Below are positions 49,400 to 58,008 of a stretch of 64,000 nucleotides of DNA, one piece after another (the stretch's first letter is position 1; the number at the start of each line of letters is the position of its first letter). Source of the stretch: a virus (Duplodnaviria; Caudoviricetes). The position numbers were made by a program, and so were the translations under genes. The notes beneath the pieces are model-generated. The model ran no database searches. It had not been told where the DNA came from and worked only from the letters and a program-made list of their open reading frames with translations. Location: positions 32,001 through 96,000 of the IMG/VR virus record IMGVR_UViG_3300017565_000002, one strand, 5' to 3'.

Positions 49400-50140
49400 A
49401 TGATGACTAAAAGTACACCGATCAAGGAATATATCTACAGGGTACTGGATGCAATCGACAAAACTGGGGCGAATACAGATCGCTATAGAAAGTATTTTGA
49501 ATCCATGAATGAGGAGCAATTCAAGAAAGAAATCAAAGCATTCCTTCTAGATGAGAATGAACATTTCTTCGTCGAATTGGATGCATTTGAGAATAACTTG
49601 ACAATGGAAGAGATTCAAGAGGCGGCAGATATTGCAAACGTCTTAATTTCCGATTACCTTGTGCTTCCTCATATAAGCGACGATAAAGATGATCCTTATA
49701 TAACCAATGAGAAAGTGATGATTGGTTGGATGCCACAACGGAGGGTCCAGCAATCCAGATCGGTTAAGAACCACCTGTCGGTATCTATCGATAAGCGCAA
49801 TCCGAAAACGGGGCAGGTTATTGATGAAGATAAGAATGCTCGGATGTCGGATAGCGAGATGTACCAACTTCTCTATCAGAACTCTCCGAACGCACTGCAT
49901 GAATTCTTTGGACCAAGATCAGATGATATGGTCATGAAGAATGAAATGCTCTATCAGTTGCAGCGAAAGGGTTCTGTATCCTTGGATGAACTCCCGAATA
50001 GTCCAGAGAATAAAACGTCTCTCAACTATCTGAATTACCTGCTATTGGCCGCAGGGTATACGAGCGATCTGGTTGACGGTAACGGGCTACTCCCCATTGT
50101 AGCGAATAGGGGTGGAAAGCTTTACCGGGATGACGATTAA
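49400..50140 (+). CDS. rpoB: RNA polymerase beta subunit, extreme C-terminal piece (probably virion RNAP)
   Basis: NARMSDSEM...LHEFFGPRSDD...SLNYLNYLLLAAGY aligns by eye to RpoB GQRFGEME...LQEMLTVKSDD...SFNVL; late operon. Confidence 0.75.
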   Translation: MMTKSTPIKEYIYRVLDAIDKTGANTDRYRKYFESMNEEQFKKEIKAFLLDENEHFFVELDAFENNLTMEEIQEAADIANVLISDYLVLPHISDDKDDPYITNEKVMIGWMPQRRVQQSRSVKNHLSVSIDKRNPKTGQVIDEDKNARMSDSEMYQLLYQNSPNALHEFFGPRSDDMVMKNEMLYQLQRKGSVSLDELPNSPENKTSLNYLNYLLLAAGYTSDLVDGNGLLPIVANRGGKLYRDDD

Positions 50141-50202
50141 AATGAATATTTAGGTAACACTAAATCACAGGAGGGTTACAGCACATACATTTTAATACAG
50201 GC

Positions 50203-50211
50203 ATATATTAT
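50203..50211 (+). promoter_or_regulatory. early promoter motif ATATATTAT
   Basis: Exact copy upstream of the 50272 ORF. Confidence 0.7.
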
Positions 50212-50271
50212 CATACAGATGGCGTCATATAAATGTAATGTGCCAAAACTTTTGAAAAGGAGGATAAGAGT

Positions 50272-50421
50272 ATGTCGAACAATGCGAAACATGACACGAC
50301 TAAAAAAGAGCAAAGCCCTACTTACGGTCTTATTCAAGAAGTCGCAATTGGCGAAATTCTTTCCACACAGATGCTCAATGAGAATCAGATAGTTGTGGAA
50401 GATCGTAAATCGGAGCGGTAA
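50272..50421 (+). CDS. 49-aa early protein, absent from ORF track
   Basis: AAAAGGAGG RBS, ATG; MSNNAKHDTTKKEQSPTYGLIQEVAIGEILSTQMLNENQIVVEDRKSER. Confidence 0.7.
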   Translation: MSNNAKHDTTKKEQSPTYGLIQEVAIGEILSTQMLNENQIVVEDRKSER

Positions 50422-50484
50422 TGCCTCTTGGCATTACCTCTTTTCTTTATGCGTCAAAATCTTAAATGCCTAGGAGATGACTTT

Positions 50485-51378
50485 ATGTTTCTTTCGTCCC
50501 AAACTAAGACGCGATATCGGGTGGTAAATCGCAGAAAGTTTATCATTTCATCCACGCTCACAATCCTATTCTTGGCTGCCATGATGTACACGGTAGCGTT
50601 GGGTGTTAGAGCAGGGGTTGTATGGGCAACTGAAGTGATGGCCGTTGAGCCTGAGATTGTGTTGACAGAGGAGATTGCAGAGAACGTGGAAGTGCAGCCG
50701 AAGCCTATCTCATATCAATATTCGATGGGTGATATTTCGATTGACACAGAGGATAAAGATCAATTTATTGAAGAACTCGAAACTCTCCTGACGGAGAGCA
50801 TTCAACGTAATGATGCACTTGAGAATAAATACCAATTACTTAATCAGAATATCAAACAAGTCACAAAGGAAGATATCCGCATCTATAAAGAATATGATTA
50901 TGTATTAGATTACAATTCATCAGATTTTACCGTCGACGATATCAAGATGGTTGAAAAACTATGTAAGGAGTATGGCAATATTGTAAATCCTCATTTATGG
51001 TTTGCCCTTGTAGAATTAGAGAGTGCATATCGGTCGAACACGAAAAACTCCAAATCATCTGCAAGTGGATGGGGACAAGTGATCAAAGGAACAGGTCGTT
51101 ATATATATGAGAATAAACTTAAGCTTGGTACGTACAACCATGCAAAGATGGGTATCAGCAAGGAAGTCAATGCACGTATATCTATATACTACCTAAGCGA
51201 TCTCATTAATGAAACAAAGAGTGTAAACCGAGCACTCATTCGATATAATGGGGGAGAATTGGGAGCGCGGTATGCCTCCATCGTCTCATCCAAATTAAAA
51301 AAGAATAGTAACCTAACTTTAAAACAGGTGCAAACATTTGCAGATAAGGGAATCAAACAATCTGCCACCGCTCTTTAA
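50485..51378 (+). CDS. membrane-anchored SLT-family lytic transglycosylase
   Basis: Start revised to MFLSSQ (AGGAG RBS). N-terminal TM and coiled coil; LES...S.ASGWGQV, YYL and RYNGG motifs. Confidence 0.85.
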   Translation: MFLSSQTKTRYRVVNRRKFIISSTLTILFLAAMMYTVALGVRAGVVWATEVMAVEPEIVLTEEIAENVEVQPKPISYQYSMGDISIDTEDKDQFIEELETLLTESIQRNDALENKYQLLNQNIKQVTKEDIRIYKEYDYVLDYNSSDFTVDDIKMVEKLCKEYGNIVNPHLWFALVELESAYRSNTKNSKSSASGWGQVIKGTGRYIYENKLKLGTYNHAKMGISKEVNARISIYYLSDLINETKSVNRALIRYNGGELGARYASIVSSKLKKNSNLTLKQVQTFADKGIKQSATAL

Positions 51379-51452
51379 GAGCGTTTATAATATACATGCT
51401 CTCCGGCCTATATCGTCGGAGAGTTTTTCATATACTGATTTTTCCTATGCTT

Positions 51453-51461
51453 ATATATTAT
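51453..51461 (+). promoter_or_regulatory. early promoter motif ATATATTAT
   Basis: Exact copy upstream of the tubulin gene. Confidence 0.7.
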
Positions 51462-51519
51462 TAGAGTGAACTTACTTACATAGTAAGTTACACATATACT
51501 AACTGAGAGGTGTTCTAAA

Positions 51520-52737
51520 ATGGACGCAAACAATGAAGCAGCTAGACTATTGCTACAAGGATTGACGCAAGAGCATCCTGCAATGGTGGCAAATAAAAAG
51601 TTGAGGGAGAGAGAATCAGTGGAAGAAAACAAAGGATTTATCGCTGGCGTTATCGGTGTGGGTGCAGGTGGAGGAAACACAGCCCATCTGCTTACAAGTG
51701 CAGAATACGCAACAGCGGCATTGAATACAACACAGTCTGACATGAAAGATATCAACGTTCACGTCAAGCTTGCCATCAAAGGAATTGATGGCTCCGGTAA
51801 AGACCCGAACTTCTCGTCATCCGAATTCAAGCGGGTTGGCAAAGAAATATTGGCAGAAAAGAGCCTTCAGCAAGTTTTGAATAATGATATCATTTTCGTC
51901 ATTGGCACTGGCGGTGGGGGAACTGGAACTGTTGTTTCAATCATGGTTGCCGGGTTCCTCAAGAATGAATTTCCGAACAAGACGATCATTCTTGTCGGTC
52001 TGCTCGGGAGCATCAAAGAAGATCGACAAGAGCAACGCAATATGCGGGCTTTCCTATCCAACCTCGAAACCAAGGCTAAAGTGGCTGGATGTCCGTATAT
52101 GCTATTCGATAATAACCGTGTTAAAAATAAAATGGGAGACGATATCTACACGGAAGTCAACCAAGAAGCCGCGAACGCAATTCGTCTCGTTGCCAAGGAA
52201 TATTTTGTCGAGAACGCGAGGAGCAATATTGACGGTCGCGACTATGCTCGGCTTACGAGCTTTGGGGGTTTGATGTCAGTTTTGACAGTTCCAAACCTCC
52301 AAGTCAGTGTCGCAGATGATAAAGTAGATCTTGTCAGTCGTGTGCAAGCAGCGATTGACAAATCGTCGGCTATTGTGACGAAAGATCCGGAAGCATACGG
52401 ATTCTTCGTGAATACGCATCCGGAAGTTTACAGCAACATCGATACGACCTTTGATGATATCCAAAATCATATTGGTCGTCCGACCGCTGGTCTCGTATTC
52501 AAACATCTTCAAAATTCAACGTCTCAAGGCCCCGAATTTGGTATTATCATGACGGGCATGGAAGCACCGGTCGATCGGTTTACAATGATTGAGCGTCGTA
52601 TCCAAGAGTATGAGAATGTGAAGGAAAAAGCAACACTTCCCACAGTGGACCGAGACGGAACTCAATTGCGCCTGGCCGGAGATTCCAAAGAAGCTCCTAA
52701 CAGCGGCACAGGGTCAAGCTTCTTAGATTTATTTTAA
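51520..52737 (+). CDS. tubulin/FtsZ-family GTPase (TubZ/PhuZ-like)
   Basis: GVGAGGGN (T1), GTGGGGTG (T4 signature), NIDxxD (T7). Confidence 0.9.
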   Translation: MDANNEAARLLLQGLTQEHPAMVANKKLRERESVEENKGFIAGVIGVGAGGGNTAHLLTSAEYATAALNTTQSDMKDINVHVKLAIKGIDGSGKDPNFSSSEFKRVGKEILAEKSLQQVLNNDIIFVIGTGGGGTGTVVSIMVAGFLKNEFPNKTIILVGLLGSIKEDRQEQRNMRAFLSNLETKAKVAGCPYMLFDNNRVKNKMGDDIYTEVNQEAANAIRLVAKEYFVENARSNIDGRDYARLTSFGGLMSVLTVPNLQVSVADDKVDLVSRVQAAIDKSSAIVTKDPEAYGFFVNTHPEVYSNIDTTFDDIQNHIGRPTAGLVFKHLQNSTSQGPEFGIIMTGMEAPVDRFTMIERRIQEYENVKEKATLPTVDRDGTQLRLAGDSKEAPNSGTGSSFLDLF

Positions 52738-52756
52738 AAAAGGGAGCTGTTAATGC

Positions 52757-53734
52757 GTGAAGATTAACGACAAACCAAAGCCAAAGCAACAACACGATCG
52801 GCCGATTCGAAATCATCCGGTCGGAAAGCAAGAGGGGAATAGAGATACAATACCCCTATCAAAGATTTATGAGTCACCAAAATTCATGCTGAGAAGAAGC
52901 TTGGAGGTGATAGAAGTGGCAGTTCAAGATCAACTCGACACGTTGTTTGATGATTACACCAAATGGCGACGAGGAAATGCAAAGAAACCTGAGTACATTT
53001 TCAACATGCTGTTAGACTTTGCATTCGCAGCAGTATTGCCAAAGATTGTGAAACAGAATTTCGACTTCATCTTGGAACGAGGCGAGGAGTTTAGCGAACT
53101 GCTCTCCAGTGCTGTATCCGAGCTATCGAAGCGAAATCCGCAATTAACCAAAGCCAAAGAAATGATCGCAATCTATTCGACCATCTACGAGGATTTGAAT
53201 GAGCGGAGAATCAAGAAAGTATTCAAACTGGAGATACCGGGGGTAGAATGGGCAGGCGCACTCAAGCTCTGTATTGTGTCCCATGGTTCTGCCGGGCATA
53301 CGATGAACAACACACTCCGGGCAATTTACACGACGTTGAAAACAACGTCGTATGATGTGATCCGGAAGCTGTTTATCAAACTATATGGTAAACATGATCT
53401 AGGTAGAGTTGCTATCCACATCCTTCTTGAGCGGGGATATGATAAGCAGAAAAATAGCTGGATCAACCGTGAACTGTATGATATGATCACAAATTTGGCA
53501 TTGAATGAATTAGAGCGGCTTCCACAGAAAGAAATCAAAAGTCTGCTCGCATTGTATTGCAACGAGAGGCGGAAGAGTGAGTTTGAACAATTCACACGCC
53601 GCCGGGTCAACTTCTCCATGATCGATAGTGACGATTATGAGAAGATTACTAAGGCAGTAAAGAAGCTGGCAAAGAAGAACGATATGTATCGTAGCTTCCT
53701 TGATCAGGGTCACATCACTAAGAAAAAGGGCTGA
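52757..53734 (+). CDS. hypothetical helical protein
   Basis: 325-aa ORF directly after tubulin, GGGAG RBS. Confidence 0.75.
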   Translation: MKINDKPKPKQQHDRPIRNHPVGKQEGNRDTIPLSKIYESPKFMLRRSLEVIEVAVQDQLDTLFDDYTKWRRGNAKKPEYIFNMLLDFAFAAVLPKIVKQNFDFILERGEEFSELLSSAVSELSKRNPQLTKAKEMIAIYSTIYEDLNERRIKKVFKLEIPGVEWAGALKLCIVSHGSAGHTMNNTLRAIYTTLKTTSYDVIRKLFIKLYGKHDLGRVAIHILLERGYDKQKNSWINRELYDMITNLALNELERLPQKEIKSLLALYCNERRKSEFEQFTRRRVNFSMIDSDDYEKITKAVKKLAKKNDMYRSFLDQGHITKKKG

Positions 53735-53771
53735 TATTATCGGCCCTTTCTTTTTTATAATCTAAGGAGGA

Positions 53772-54467
53772 ATGAAGATGTTTAAACCACTTAACCTGCT
53801 TCAACCGGGTTCTACGGTTTCTGGGGGGTGGAAAGTCAGCTTAGCGGATAAAGATATACCCGGCTATCCCTATTCAATTTATTTGGATATACCTGATAAT
53901 AAACTGAAACTGTATATCGATCCCAAGAGTTACATGGATATCACAACTGCTCGCGGGGTAAGTATGCAGGCAATGACAAAAATAGCTATGGTTGAACCTA
54001 GTGTTGATAACCGCGGGAATTGGTTCCCGGTCGTAAAGCTTGGAGAAGAAAACACAGATCACAATGTCGTCATGTTCAATATCGAACTCGATATCGGAGA
54101 CGTGATTACGAGTCTATCGGCGGTTAATCTCCTCGTTCTTACACAGCAAACACTGTTTTTAGATCATAAATACATCCATGGGGTCATTGCGTTTAGTCCT
54201 GATCGCACCACTGAATCACGTCTGTGTATAGAACATGGAATCGAGTACAGTACGTCAAGAACTGTTCGGACGATTGTTTATCCGCCATCCAATGAACCGT
54301 CCATCTCACCACCCGATATGTATCGGGATGTAGTGAGATATGAAACTCCAACGCCGAAAATGGAAATACCAGCGTTGCATCAAGTAACGAAAGACGAACT
54401 TGCGAGAATTTTATTAAATAACTCGCCATCAAACACTTCTATAAATGAAGGTGAAGGGAGAAACTAA
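53772..54467 (+). CDS. hypothetical protein
   Basis: 231-aa ORF, AAGGAGG RBS. Confidence 0.75.
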   Translation: MKMFKPLNLLQPGSTVSGGWKVSLADKDIPGYPYSIYLDIPDNKLKLYIDPKSYMDITTARGVSMQAMTKIAMVEPSVDNRGNWFPVVKLGEENTDHNVVMFNIELDIGDVITSLSAVNLLVLTQQTLFLDHKYIHGVIAFSPDRTTESRLCIEHGIEYSTSRTVRTIVYPPSNEPSISPPDMYRDVVRYETPTPKMEIPALHQVTKDELARILLNNSPSNTSINEGEGRN

Positions 54468-54470
54468 CGT

Positions 54471-55775
54471 ATGGGGTTAATATCCAAAATTGATGGTCTA
54501 AGAAAAAATGAGAAGAAAATAGATGATCGGATTGTGACAGAAATGTCATATCCGTCTGGACTCTTACCTTTAGATTATGCAAATGGTGTACGAGTTGTAT
54601 CATATGACGAAAATGACCGCCCTGTCCATAAGACGGATCTTATCGGATTCGTTGGGGGTTCGAAAATTACAACAATTGGACTATCCGGCACGGGGAAGAC
54701 CGCATTGGCCATTGAGCTGGCAGCCACCGGAATTCATATGTTTGGCGATAAATCCGGTGTTCAACATGCCGATATTGAGAAAGCATCAACGATGCAACGT
54801 CCGATAAAAATTCTTCGATTACCTCCATCTATTTTGAGAGAGACATACGCCATGGATCGCGATATGGCGGCGGAAGACATTGTTGATAAATTTATGTCAC
54901 ATTGTAAGGTAAAGCTTGATAATCGTAAGGAATATACTTACGATACAGGCGTATATAATCTGTATAATGAAAGAATGTATGAACTCTACCCATCGGCTAT
55001 GCTTATCGATTCTTTTGCCATGTTTAAGAGTAAAGAAGTCGATTTGATGGCTGCTAAAAAGGTAGAAGATGTAACGCATAATATGATTGCGGCACAGGCG
55101 GCAAAGTTTAATAAAGGCGTACTGGGGCAGATGGTAGCATACGGCAAAAAGGCAAATGTGTCGATCATTTCAGTCAACCATCTGTTACCAAGTGTAAATA
55201 CTGGATTTTTGCCAAAACCATCTCAACACATGTATTTATCACAGGATGAAATGATGCCTGGTGGCCAAGCTACAATCTTCTTGGCAAACAACATCATTAA
55301 ACTGAAGGTTATGACTAAATGGAATATAGATAAACCCGAGAAAATGGAATATGGGTTCAAAGGGTTCCTAATCGAAGCTCGGTTGTTGAAATCCCGTACG
55401 AATTCGTCGAATATTCCGATTGAGCTTGTATTCGATGGTCGTAGAGGTGGATTTTCAAAACTGATGACGTTATTCCATTATGCATACACTAACAAGATCA
55501 TCCAAGGATCTCCAAACTCTATGTACCTTCCGGGATACACTAGAACTAAGTTTACACGGAAAACATTCGAGGAGAGTGTAGAGAGAGATCCCGAACTTAT
55601 TGAGGCATTATTACATGCTTGCCTTCCAAGCTTAGAAACCATGTTATCAACCGATTATGGTGATAACACAAACGAGGAATCTTCCAGTCAACGCCTTGAT
55701 GCCATGTATATGGCAATCGAGGAGCATGAGAAGGACGTCGAAGATTATAAGAAACGCGGTTGGCTTGATTTTTGA
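54471..55775 (+). CDS. uvsX: RecA/UvsX-like recombinase
   Basis: Walker A GLSGTGKT, DIE, LIDSF, SVNH, MPGG and KSR motifs. Confidence 0.85.
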   Translation: MGLISKIDGLRKNEKKIDDRIVTEMSYPSGLLPLDYANGVRVVSYDENDRPVHKTDLIGFVGGSKITTIGLSGTGKTALAIELAATGIHMFGDKSGVQHADIEKASTMQRPIKILRLPPSILRETYAMDRDMAAEDIVDKFMSHCKVKLDNRKEYTYDTGVYNLYNERMYELYPSAMLIDSFAMFKSKEVDLMAAKKVEDVTHNMIAAQAAKFNKGVLGQMVAYGKKANVSIISVNHLLPSVNTGFLPKPSQHMYLSQDEMMPGGQATIFLANNIIKLKVMTKWNIDKPEKMEYGFKGFLIEARLLKSRTNSSNIPIELVFDGRRGGFSKLMTLFHYAYTNKIIQGSPNSMYLPGYTRTKFTRKTFEESVERDPELIEALLHACLPSLETMLSTDYGDNTNEESSSQRLDAMYMAIEEHEKDVEDYKKRGWLDF

Positions 55776-55782
55776 TAAAAGC

Positions 55783-55791
55783 ATATATTAT
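55783..55791 (+). promoter_or_regulatory. early promoter motif ATATATTAT
   Basis: Exact copy upstream of the RNAP beta-C gene; followed by hairpin 55800-55823. Confidence 0.7.
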
Positions 55792-55859
55792 ATTTGAGAG
55801 AGATGGGATAAGAATCCCATCTCCTCTATCCGACTTCTATTTGAGGAGGAAACTGCAAG

Positions 55860-57956
55860 ATGTTGAAGCCAGAACAAATTGAAGATCTTCGAAGGATTGC
55901 CGCTGAAATCAAATCTATTGACCATGTATATGGTAGCGGCTTAATGACACCATTTGGGGTGAAGGTCAACTCATCCCGTGCAGCAATGACATATCAACAG
56001 TTGACACAAGCAAAGAATTTGGATACACCGGAAATTGCGAGAGTAAGCACCGGGTATGAGAAAGTATATGGAGACAGGTCCACTTCCTTCTATGAATCAG
56101 AGAAGAAAGTTGATGTGGTCCATAAGATCCAAAAATTTGGCAACGATTCTGTCTATGTATTGATTACCAGAGAGAAAGGAACTAACCACTACGATCTTAT
56201 TGAACGGAAAGCTGTTGAATCTTTCGCTGAATCCAGTGGCGTCAAAATCAACAATGAAGTTATCGACAAGAAAAAACCGGGAAGTATAATTGATAAAGGA
56301 GAAATCCTCTATCGGTCGACTTCCTACGATGAAGATATGAACTATCGTCTCGGCGTTAATGCTAAGACGCTATATATGGTATCACCATTCATTATAGAGG
56401 ATGCTGTAGACGTTTCCAACAGACTTGCGGAAAAGCTAAGAAGTACCTCGGTTCAGACATATACGATACCAAAGAACACCAATGATGTCTTCCTCAATAC
56501 CTATGGGACTAAGCATCATTATAAAGTATTCCCGGATATTGGAGAGAAGGTAAAGGACAGAACACTTTGTGTTCGCAGGCGAATTGACTATAACAACGCC
56601 CAATATCTATTGAAGGGTAAAAACCTTCGCAAAGAGATGCATGGGGATACTGCCTATTATACACCGGCTGATGCCGAAGTTGTCGATATCGACATCTACT
56701 GTAATACACCATTTGATGAATTACCAAGGGACAATGCACATGCCCAGATCAATAAATATCTGGACATGACTACAGCGTATTGGCAAACGATATACGATAC
56801 TTTATCCGAAATCTGCGGGGATGAAAAGAACACTTACTCGGATAATATCGGACTATTCTATGCACGGGCTCGTGATGTGCTGAGTATCGGCAAGCGAGTG
56901 AAGTGGAAAACCGAGGTATCGATTTTTGACAATATGATTATCACGATCACCATAGCAAAAAGTTCTCCGGCAATGGAAGGTTCTAAGTTGGTTGGTCGCC
57001 ACGGAAATAAATGTGTCATATCTAGGATTGTACCGGATGACCAAATGCCGGTAGACGAGGATGGAAATTTCTGCGATATCCAATACAATGCACAGAGTGT
57101 TATCGCGCGTCTTAATCAGTCACAATCCTATGAGCCTGAGATGAATTGGATTGTGGATGAGATTCTAAAAGGTAAAGCATCCAAAGAAGTCAAATTTGAA
57201 TCACTGATGATTTTCTTAAGTCTTTGCAACCCAGATCAGGAGAAAATGATTCGAAAATTCTTCGAACAACTATCCAGGGAGGAAAAGAAGAAATTTTTAG
57301 ATGAAATAACGACGGAATTTGTGACGTTCCAGCCACCTTCAAAGACCGTCACTTTTGAAAATTATTCAAAAATGATTGATAAGTTCAAACCGAAGAAGAA
57401 AAGATTTACAATTAAGAGCAAAGATGGGACCGTGTCCAAGATCCAACGGAAACTGATTATGTCGGATACCTATGTATATCGACTGAAACACGAACCGATT
57501 ACAAAGTTCTCCGTTCGGTCTAAGGGTACAATCAATCCAAGGACGTTTCTCCCGATCAAGTCTCATGCTTACAGCCGGGGGACGGCACTGTTCAACAACC
57601 AAGCGATTCGGCTTGGGACGATGGAGATGGATGTGTTAAGACTGTGTAACGATCCTGCTGCTATCAACTATATGACCAGATTATATTGCACGTCGGTCGT
57701 TGGGCGCAGGGAATTTAATAGACTCCTAAACATGGATATATTCTCTAAAGAGATGCAAATCGACATGGAGAATCATAAATCCAGAGTAGTGGACATGTTT
57801 AACTCCACTTTGCTTGCAGCTGGCTACGTACTTTCCATTGAGCTTGGAGAGACAGAAGAAATCAAGAATGAACTCATGATGGATCTGGCCGAGATGAGCA
57901 AGAAGAATGTTAAGCTTGTGTTTAAACAGTCGTATTTAGAAACTCGTAATAAATAA
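55860..57956 (+). CDS. rpoB: non-virion RNA polymerase beta subunit, C-terminal half
   Basis: SSRAAM..QQ, GSKLVGRHGNKCVIS, YVYRLKH and AIRLGTME motifs; early promoter. Confidence 0.92.
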   Translation: MLKPEQIEDLRRIAAEIKSIDHVYGSGLMTPFGVKVNSSRAAMTYQQLTQAKNLDTPEIARVSTGYEKVYGDRSTSFYESEKKVDVVHKIQKFGNDSVYVLITREKGTNHYDLIERKAVESFAESSGVKINNEVIDKKKPGSIIDKGEILYRSTSYDEDMNYRLGVNAKTLYMVSPFIIEDAVDVSNRLAEKLRSTSVQTYTIPKNTNDVFLNTYGTKHHYKVFPDIGEKVKDRTLCVRRRIDYNNAQYLLKGKNLRKEMHGDTAYYTPADAEVVDIDIYCNTPFDELPRDNAHAQINKYLDMTTAYWQTIYDTLSEICGDEKNTYSDNIGLFYARARDVLSIGKRVKWKTEVSIFDNMIITITIAKSSPAMEGSKLVGRHGNKCVISRIVPDDQMPVDEDGNFCDIQYNAQSVIARLNQSQSYEPEMNWIVDEILKGKASKEVKFESLMIFLSLCNPDQEKMIRKFFEQLSREEKKKFLDEITTEFVTFQPPSKTVTFENYSKMIDKFKPKKKRFTIKSKDGTVSKIQRKLIMSDTYVYRLKHEPITKFSVRSKGTINPRTFLPIKSHAYSRGTALFNNQAIRLGTMEMDVLRLCNDPAAINYMTRLYCTSVVGRREFNRLLNMDIFSKEMQIDMENHKSRVVDMFNSTLLAAGYVLSIELGETEEIKNELMMDLAEMSKKNVKLVFKQSYLETRNK

Positions 57957-57961
57957 GAGGG

Positions 57962-57988
57962 GAGTGCGAGGAAACTCGCACTCTTTTT
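57962..57988 (+). terminator. intrinsic terminator (GAAA loop)
   Basis: GAGTGCGAG-GAAA-CTCGCACTC-TTTTT. Confidence 0.85.
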
Positions 57989-58008
57989 CGTTTGAAGGGA
58001 GATAAGGC

